A stretch of DNA of 13,040 nt. Source: Thainema sp. (GTDB lineage: Bacteria; Cyanobacteriota; Cyanobacteriia; Phormidesmidales; Phormidesmidaceae). A program made the translations under genes and the position numbers. The stretch's first letter is position 1, and each line of letters opens with the position of its first letter. Shown one piece after another: positions 7,966 through 13,040 of the stretch. Under the pieces are notes generated by a model. That model was not told the DNA's origin. It made no database searches and saw nothing but the letters and a program-made list of their open reading frames with translations. Location: the NCBI GenBank assembly GCA_052168235.1, contig JBQLZK010000114.1, positions 1 to 13,040 on the forward strand. The letters are read 5' to 3'.

Positions 7966-8138
7966 CGGTGATTCTCCCGAAAGCAACGAAAAAACAGGTT
8001 TGTGAAACCATTTGGCGGTAGCGCTTCTATTAAAGGTGCCCATTTTGCCCCGGTTAAGCGCAAGACCGAAATGCAGGATTTTGGCAAAACTTTAAGTTCT
8101 GTGTCTGGATTTTACGGTTGGTGTTAAGGGGGAGGGGT

Positions 8139-8178
8139 GGTAGGAGAGTAGATGGGTAGGAGAGTAGATGGGTGGATG
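8139..8178. repeat. Short tandem repeat (STRR-like): (GGTAGGAGAGTAGATG)x2 plus GGTGGATG, built from degenerate octamers
   Basis: Exact 16-bp copies at 8139-8154 and 8155-8170 in a purine-rich intergenic tract between the ferritin-like gene and uppS. Confidence 0.85.
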
Positions 8179-8252
8179 GGTTGTTGCGAAAAGTGCATGA
8201 TCGTAAGGTTCATTCGCGCAGCAATACACTACGCCGGGAGGACTGTAAAGAT

Positions 8253-9230
8253 CTAGCTGTCGCCGAACAGCGATCGCAACTCCTCCACCCGCATTGCCCT
8301 CTGCCATTGGCGTACCCGATTCAGCACCCAAATGAATGTCAGCGCTAGCTCTAGCTTGTGTTGCAGCTTCCAGTCGTGCCAGTGAAGAGTTCCCATCATC
8401 CGCTGGACGGTGCGATAGAGCTTCAGCAGGGACAGCGTTTTTTGCTGGCCGTAGCGGGTATCGACGATGCGATTGCCGAGGAGTCGCCAGCAGCGCTGCC
8501 AGAACGATTCGGGGTAGAGCCAGAGGCCGAATCCCCAGAATTTGGTCATGTGGTTGACTTCGTCGATTAGGATTTCGGTCAGGAGCTGATGCGTTGCGCC
8601 CGTGGTGTGCGCCATCAGCCACAGGTATAGACAGACGGCACTGTATTCCGTGGCGATGCGATGTAGACCGTGGCCATAGAGATCATCGGCAGGATGCTCG
8701 GATGACTCATAGGATTTGGCTTGGCGGAGATTGGCTACGATTTTTTCGCCCTTGAGCTGATAGTAAAGTTTGGCTAGGGCTGGGCTATGCTGCCGCTCTT
8801 CTCTTTCCCACAGTCCTAGTTCTACTAAGTCACCTTGCTCATTGACTGTACCGCCGACAAAACGGGCCATTTCAGGATGGAGCGGTTCTAGATACTGCCG
8901 ACTGGTTTGGGTATAGCCGCGAATGGGTGCTTCGGTATCCATTGCGCCCACGATAACGTTGAGGAACAGATCCAGGTCAATGTCAATTACCTGACTGGGA
9001 TGAATCTCATCCCAGCGAATTGGTTGCCAGGGTCGCGGTTGGGGATTGGCAAACTGTCGCGGTAGATCGGCCAAGCGATCGCATAAAACATCAAGGCTGA
9101 CGTAGTGGTCAATGTGCGATCGCAGCTTGGCGCAGGTCTGTCGAAACAAAGTTGGTTGCTCGGCTTGCTTTTCAGTTTGGTCAGAGTCTTGAACAGGAAC
9201 TTGAATAGAATTAATCGATAGAAAATTCAT
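8253..9230 (-). CDS. Ferritin-like diiron-carboxylate protein (acyl-ACP-desaturase-like ligand pattern)
   Basis: The pattern E...ExxH...E...ExxH appears as DTEAPI, WEREERQH, ATEYSA and DEVNH, comparable to WTAEENRH/DEKRH of soluble acyl-ACP desaturases. The ATG at 9230 has AAGGAG 10 nt upstream (325 aa); the track start at 9281 is an alternative. Confidence 0.82.
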   Translation of the reverse strand: MNFLSINSIQVPVQDSDQTEKQAEQPTLFRQTCAKLRSHIDHYVSLDVLCDRLADLPRQFANPQPRPWQPIRWDEIHPSQVIDIDLDLFLNVIVGAMDTEAPIRGYTQTSRQYLEPLHPEMARFVGGTVNEQGDLVELGLWEREERQHSPALAKLYYQLKGEKIVANLRQAKSYESSEHPADDLYGHGLHRIATEYSAVCLYLWLMAHTTGATHQLLTEILIDEVNHMTKFWGFGLWLYPESFWQRCWRLLGNRIVDTRYGQQKTLSLLKLYRTVQRMMGTLHWHDWKLQHKLELALTFIWVLNRVRQWQRAMRVEELRSLFGDS

Positions 9231-9303
9231 CAATACTGCACTCCTTATAAAAAGGGGCATGGTATGCCATGCCCGGTGCATTCAGGTGTTTTCGTTCATC
9301 CCC

Positions 9304-9438
9304 AACTTACGAAATTCGGCTCGTGGTGTCAGTCGGTTTGAGTCGGAGGTTCGCAGTTTTCCAAACGTCGGCAGAACGTCGGAAAAGGTCGGATTCAGTC
9401 GCCAATGTCGGGACAAGGTAGTGATCATGAGTTAAGCT
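9304..9438. promoter_or_regulatory. Divergent promoter region with a phased GTCGG (CCGAC) direct-repeat array flanked by two -10-like hexamers
   Basis: GTCGG occurs at 9332, 9342, 9367, 9378, 9388 and 9407, with GTCGC at 9398. TAAGTT lies on the - strand (9309-9304) and TAAGCT on the + strand (9433-9438). The repeats are seen; promoter function is inferred. Confidence 0.7.
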
Positions 9439-9523
9439 TGGTGCAATTTAGGCAGTTATTCGAATTCGCAAGCTTTGACCCTGTAGTTCTCTGAAGCAAA
9501 CATCCACAGTCGTTTTTCACGGG

Positions 9524-12037
9524 ATGGACACTGATTCTGCACTAGCGCTGGTTGATGCTCTGGTGTTTGAAAGCACTGGAGAGCATCTCAACGATTTGAA
9601 AGCTGCCATTTTCCAGCGGGTATGGCAGGGGCAAAAGTATTTAGATATTGCCGCAGACTGTGGCTACACCGAAGGCCACGTCAAGGATATCGGCTCGATT
9701 CTGTGGCGACAGCTTTCTGATGCTCTGGGTGAAAAGGTCACAAAACGCAACTGTCGCTCGGTCTTGAAACGCTACAAATCAGCCCTCAAGCAGCGGCTGG
9801 GTCAAGCGAAACGAGTTACGTCTCAGGCCATCCTGCCGATTACGTCGGGCGCTAAATCTTCACTGATGCCGCTACCGATTAACTCAACGGCTCCAGCAGA
9901 TATTGTGAAAAGTACCGCTAATCGAGGTTTTGTGGGGCGGGAAACTGCGATCGCAGATCTCCATCAGTTGGTCAGCCAGGGAGCTAAACTGATTGTCATT
10001 CAAGGTGAAGGCGGACTAGGCAAGACAACGTTGGCGCAGCAGTTTCTACAGGCGCAGTCGTTCGACCGAGTGCTGGAAGTGCTGATGGCCAAGGAAACTG
10101 ACGCTATCACCTCGGCCCATCGAGTGGTGGAAGAATGGCTGCGACAGGATTTTGACGAGGAACCAGGACAGGAGTTTGGCGTTACCCTCAGTCGGCTCAA
10201 GCGCCAGCTTCAGCAGCAGCGAGTCGGCATCCTAATTGATAACCTCGAACCGGCACTGGATGCGAACGGCTGCTTTGTACCGCAGCATCGCGGCTACGCT
10301 GAACTGCTGAGGATTCTGGCCGATCCGCAAGTGCAGGCGGTGACGTTGATTACCAGTCGCGATCGCATTTGTGAATCGGGCGTTGATCTACACCACTATC
10401 GACTGCCGGGGCTGGATTTGAGCGCTTGGCAACAGTATTTTCAATACCCTTCAGTACCTTCCGGTGAAGCAGGAAGCGTTCTTGCCGCTATGCACCAAGC
10501 TTATGCGGGAAATGCGAAGGCGATGGGTGTGCTGTATGGCTTGATTCAAGAGGATTTTGCAGGTGATATTGCGGTTTACTGGCAGGAGTATCAGGGCAGT
10601 CCGTTAGCCCATACGACGTTGCAGAACTTGGTGGTGAGCCAGATCGAGCGGCTCCTGTCTCTTGATCCAGGGGCTTATCAGCTCCTCTGTCGGCTAGGCT
10701 GCTATCGCTATCAGGAGACGCCGACTGTGCCTACGGCTGGGTTAAAGGCATTGATGTGGGATGTCGATCTGCACCAACAGCCGCGAGTAATTCAATCCTT
10801 ACGCAATCGCTCGTTGATTGAGTGCTACAAAGGCCAATACTGGCTGCATCCGGCGATTCACGCAGCAGCAGTTACGCGATTACGTGACGGTGCTGATTAC
10901 GAAGCAGCCCATCGTCGAGCCGCCGCGTTTTGGAGTCAATCGGTGCAGCGCATTCAGTCGGTGCGGGATGCGCTGCAAGCACTGGAAGCTTATTACCACC
11001 ATGTTGCGATTCAGGATTTTGAAGCTGCTGCTGCCGTATTACTCCGCAGTCGCTTGAATCAGTGGCAGCAGTTCTTGCCGCTGGGCAGTACCCTTTACCG
11101 GATGGGCTTTCTGCATCCCGTGGTGGATGCCATTGAGCAGGTGTTGCCCCATCTGCAAGCGACGCCGAATCAGGCAGAACTCTGCAATATTCTAGGCGAC
11201 TTGTACTGGATTACAGGCTGCATTACAGAAGCGATTCAGCAACAGCAACATGCGATCGCAACGGCTAAAACCTGTCTACAAAATGCCGCCAATGATCATC
11301 AGATTTACTACTTAACAATGATAGCTGTGGATTCGCAGCTCAGTATTGGTCTATATTGTGTCGATCGATGGGATTTGGCAACCGCGCAGCAGTATTTTCA
11401 AACGGTGATCGATCAGGCAACTTGTACGCCTCATCATCCCTGGGCTGAGAAAGCATCGGTTTGCCTTGCCCTGGTTTATACACACCAACAGCAGTTCGAG
11501 CAGGCGAAACCGTTGACTGATGAAGTTTATAGCCGAATTGCTAGCAGTCCATTGACAGATTGCAGCGGGCGCTTTGCCTACTTCATCCAGATGCTGGCTC
11601 AGGTTTATAGTTACTTAGGCGAATATAACCAGGCTCAAGAACTTTACGATAGTGCGATCGCCGCCGCCACTGAAAGCCACTATCTCCAGGTCAGAGGCCA
11701 AGCCCTAAACGGATTAGCGGTATTGCATCGTCTTCAGGGGAATTGCGATCGCGCATTAGCCCATCATGCCGAGGCGGTTGAAATCTTAGAAATGATCGAT
11801 GCCAAGTGTGATTTAGCCAATGCGCTGTTTCAACAAGGGATTACCTATAAAACTCAGGGAAATCTCTCTCAAGCACTGCAGAATGTTGGGCGTGCCATCC
11901 AGCTTTTCCGCGCAATTGATGCACCAAATCAAGTGCAGCGGGTGCAGTATCAATTTGATTGCCATACCAGTTCCCTAAACTGTGACTACTCATCAAGCTC
12001 TCTTACCCAGCACCTAACGCAATCAGTATCTAAATGA
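9524..12037 (+). CDS. STAND-class NTPase: N-terminal HTH-like domain + NB-ARC-like ATPase + C-terminal TPR repeats; probable signal-transducing transcriptional regulator
   Basis: 837 aa. The N-terminal ~80 aa (HLNDL...WQGQKYLDIA...GYTEGHVKDIGSILWRQLSDALGEKVTKRN) match the HTH-like module common on cyanobacterial NB-ARC proteins. FVGRE, Walker A GEGGLGKT, Walker B ILIDNLE, sensor LITSR and MHD-equivalent YWLHP follow, then TPR-like repeats (e.g. ALNGLAVLHRLQGNCDRALAHHAEAVEI). Confidence 0.88.
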   Translation: MDTDSALALVDALVFESTGEHLNDLKAAIFQRVWQGQKYLDIAADCGYTEGHVKDIGSILWRQLSDALGEKVTKRNCRSVLKRYKSALKQRLGQAKRVTSQAILPITSGAKSSLMPLPINSTAPADIVKSTANRGFVGRETAIADLHQLVSQGAKLIVIQGEGGLGKTTLAQQFLQAQSFDRVLEVLMAKETDAITSAHRVVEEWLRQDFDEEPGQEFGVTLSRLKRQLQQQRVGILIDNLEPALDANGCFVPQHRGYAELLRILADPQVQAVTLITSRDRICESGVDLHHYRLPGLDLSAWQQYFQYPSVPSGEAGSVLAAMHQAYAGNAKAMGVLYGLIQEDFAGDIAVYWQEYQGSPLAHTTLQNLVVSQIERLLSLDPGAYQLLCRLGCYRYQETPTVPTAGLKALMWDVDLHQQPRVIQSLRNRSLIECYKGQYWLHPAIHAAAVTRLRDGADYEAAHRRAAAFWSQSVQRIQSVRDALQALEAYYHHVAIQDFEAAAAVLLRSRLNQWQQFLPLGSTLYRMGFLHPVVDAIEQVLPHLQATPNQAELCNILGDLYWITGCITEAIQQQQHAIATAKTCLQNAANDHQIYYLTMIAVDSQLSIGLYCVDRWDLATAQQYFQTVIDQATCTPHHPWAEKASVCLALVYTHQQQFEQAKPLTDEVYSRIASSPLTDCSGRFAYFIQMLAQVYSYLGEYNQAQELYDSAIAAATESHYLQVRGQALNGLAVLHRLQGNCDRALAHHAEAVEILEMIDAKCDLANALFQQGITYKTQGNLSQALQNVGRAIQLFRAIDAPNQVQRVQYQFDCHTSSLNCDYSSSSLTQHLTQSVSK

Positions 12038-12086
12038 CAAGTCAAGTACTCTGTAAATTGAGTTTCTGGAGATTGAAGACCGTTTC

Positions 12087-12152
12087 GAGCCTATCCGGAA
12101 ACCCTCTCAAACCCCTATGTGTCGTGGCCAAATCGGGGTTTCGGATAGGTTC
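12087..12152. mobile_element. 66-bp MITE-like / IS-end remnant with ~17-bp imperfect terminal inverted repeats
   Basis: GAGCCTATCCGGAAACCC (12087-12104) versus the reverse complement of 12136-12152, GAACCTATCCGAAACCC (one mismatch, one indel). The 31-bp interior is non-palindromic and no transposase is present. Confidence 0.55.
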
Positions 12153-12320
12153 TTAGTGCCATTGTCAGTGGAGTAGTCAAACATACCCACACCTCGATTT
12201 TGCGGATGACTGGAGTGTTGGTAGCATTTTGCTAACGCTGTTTCTCAAGGACACCCTCTAGGAAGGGGTGTTATGAATCGGAGGCATAGCAACGCACGAT
12301 CTTGTCACCAATGAATTCTT

Positions 12321-12475
12321 TTGGGTGTTGCTTTGAAATTGCTTGGCGAACTGGTGTTTGCTCTCTTCGAATTAATACTAAAATAGCAGGCTGCTTGGGC
12401 TTGCCGATGTAGAGAAGCCCCTAGTGCTAAGTAACTATAGATCCAGTATTCACGGACATCCGTGGCTTCGTACAA
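12321..12475 (-). pseudogene. Frameshifted C-terminal fragment of a Uma2 (DUF820) family endonuclease gene
   Basis: Three consecutive minus-strand frames give LYEATDVREYWIYSYLALG / YIGKPKQPAILV / FEESKHQFAKQFQSNTQ. This matches, from memory, the cyanobacterial Uma2 C-terminal pattern YE..G..EYWIVDYL.LG....IG.PKQP...VY.L.EGEY....QF.G. Confidence 0.72.
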
Positions 12476-12557
12476 AGAATTTAAACCTATTTGTGCTTTG
12501 AAGTTCAAACAGAGCTATGTTGAGCTTATCTATCTAAGAATTACCATTAGTTCTGAC

Positions 12558-13025
12558 ATGAGGAATTATCGCTTACTACGTCGTGTTATCTTCGTGGTCG
12601 TTGGAACCTTGCTATTTGAACTATATACTGGCGAACCTGCCAGGGCACAGCAAGATTTCTATATTGGTTTTGCACAAGTACCAACATCTAATCCTGGAAT
12701 TAGCAGCGAAGATGATGAAACTTCTCCACTCGAAGATATGGAGTCTGGCACACTCCAAGACTCTTCTCTCAATGAAACTTTACCTTCGGAAACTGAAATA
12801 GTCAGTACTGACGTTCTTGAAATGAAACGCTGGGATGTTTTAACGACTTTCATTGTAACGCTACCAGCGATCATTTCGGCTCTCACTGGTTTAGTAGCTA
12901 CGATACAGGTTCGAAAATTTTTGAGCAATACCGAAGGTGAAGAATCTAATGGTCAGATTCAATGGCAGTTATTAATTGCTGTAGGTTTTGTAATTGCTCA
13001 ACCCAGTAGCCAATCGGACTGCTGA
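12558..13025 (+). CDS. Hypothetical exported/membrane protein (signal peptide, acidic linker, 1-2 TM helices); possibly C-terminally truncated
   Basis: The ATG at 12558 gives MRNYRLLRRVIFVVVGTLLFELYTGEPARA-QQ (basic, hydrophobic, AxA). A D/E/S-rich stretch follows, then TM VLTTFIVTLPAIISALTGLVATIQV + RK; 155 aa. The track start at 12462 is GTG and overlaps the Uma2 remnant. Confidence 0.6.
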   Translation: MRNYRLLRRVIFVVVGTLLFELYTGEPARAQQDFYIGFAQVPTSNPGISSEDDETSPLEDMESGTLQDSSLNETLPSETEIVSTDVLEMKRWDVLTTFIVTLPAIISALTGLVATIQVRKFLSNTEGEESNGQIQWQLLIAVGFVIAQPSSQSDC

Positions 13026-13040
13026 GAGGTAAGGGCACGA

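Larger units (their letters stand above)
2528..11752. repeat. HIP1 (GCGATCGC), 13 dispersed copies
   Basis: Copies start at 2528, 2559, 5629, 5801, 7240, 8270, 9075, 9116, 9947, 10359, 11252, 11654 and 11745 (manual count). About 1 per kb is a cyanobacterial hallmark. Confidence 0.9.

Noticed and set aside
7966..8043. 26-aa N-terminal extension of UppS from the ATG at 8043
   Set aside because: The ATG at 7965 has a good Shine-Dalgarno and gives the typical family length; the extension is not supported.
8092..8622. 176-aa minus-strand ORF overlapping the ferritin-like gene
   Set aside because: It is an alternative frame of a well-supported CDS, its C-terminus derives from the tandem repeat, and it has no recognisable motifs.
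9293..9360. CGTTCATC resembling the start of the glnA (glutamine) riboswitch
   Set aside because: The downstream conserved elements (CGGAAGTA, GAAGGAACG) are absent.
9332..9411. GTCGG array as a CRISPR array or replication iterons
   Set aside because: Units are only 5 bp with mostly 4-6 bp gaps. There are no 23-47 bp repeats with unique spacers, and no cas or rep gene in the window.
994..11057. Short ORFs in the track nested in or antisense to the main CDSs (e.g. 994-1374, 1797-2036, 3428-3718, 7643-8005, 10000-10200, 10818-11057)
   Set aside because: They are shadow ORFs overlapping motif-supported genes, with no independent coding evidence.
9524..12037. STAND-TPR protein as an Avs/NLR-type antiphage system
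   Set aside because: The N-terminus is HTH-like rather than a nuclease, TIR, SIR2 or other effector, and the neighbours are metabolic genes with an operator-like array. A regulatory role fits better, though defence is not formally excluded.
12251..12271. ACACCCT...GGGGTGT hairpin as an intrinsic terminator
   Set aside because: Only 6-7 bp of stem, no U-tract, and more than 200 bp from the nearest stop codon of a supported gene.

Overview
A cyanobacterial chromosomal window: it has 13 HIP1 octamers (GCGATCGC) and octamer-type short tandem repeats. A filamentous Leptolyngbya-like host is an inference. The left half holds a GH13 alpha-glucan-active enzyme with an N-terminal CBM48-like domain (+), a CPA1/NhaP-type cation:proton antiporter (-), a conserved membrane protein with a voltage-sensor-like segment (-) and an unannotated 55-aa two-TM ORF (+). 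Several of its intergenic spaces carry long fold-back palindromes with 3-nt loops. The right half is a candidate regulated lipid/isoprenoid-modifying module: a His-box sterol-desaturase-family enzyme (+) converges on a cis-prenyltransferase (uppS-like, -) and an acyl-ACP-desaturase-like ferritin-fold diiron protein (-). The latter two are divergent from an HTH-NB-ARC(STAND)-TPR protein (+). The shared promoter contains a helically phased array of GTCGG/CCGAC boxes with a -10-like hexamer at each end, which is the most striking signal in the window. The window ends with a MITE-like element, a frameshifted Uma2 (DUF820) remnant and a secreted/membrane hypothetical protein. All calls come from reading the sequence by eye; no searches were run.
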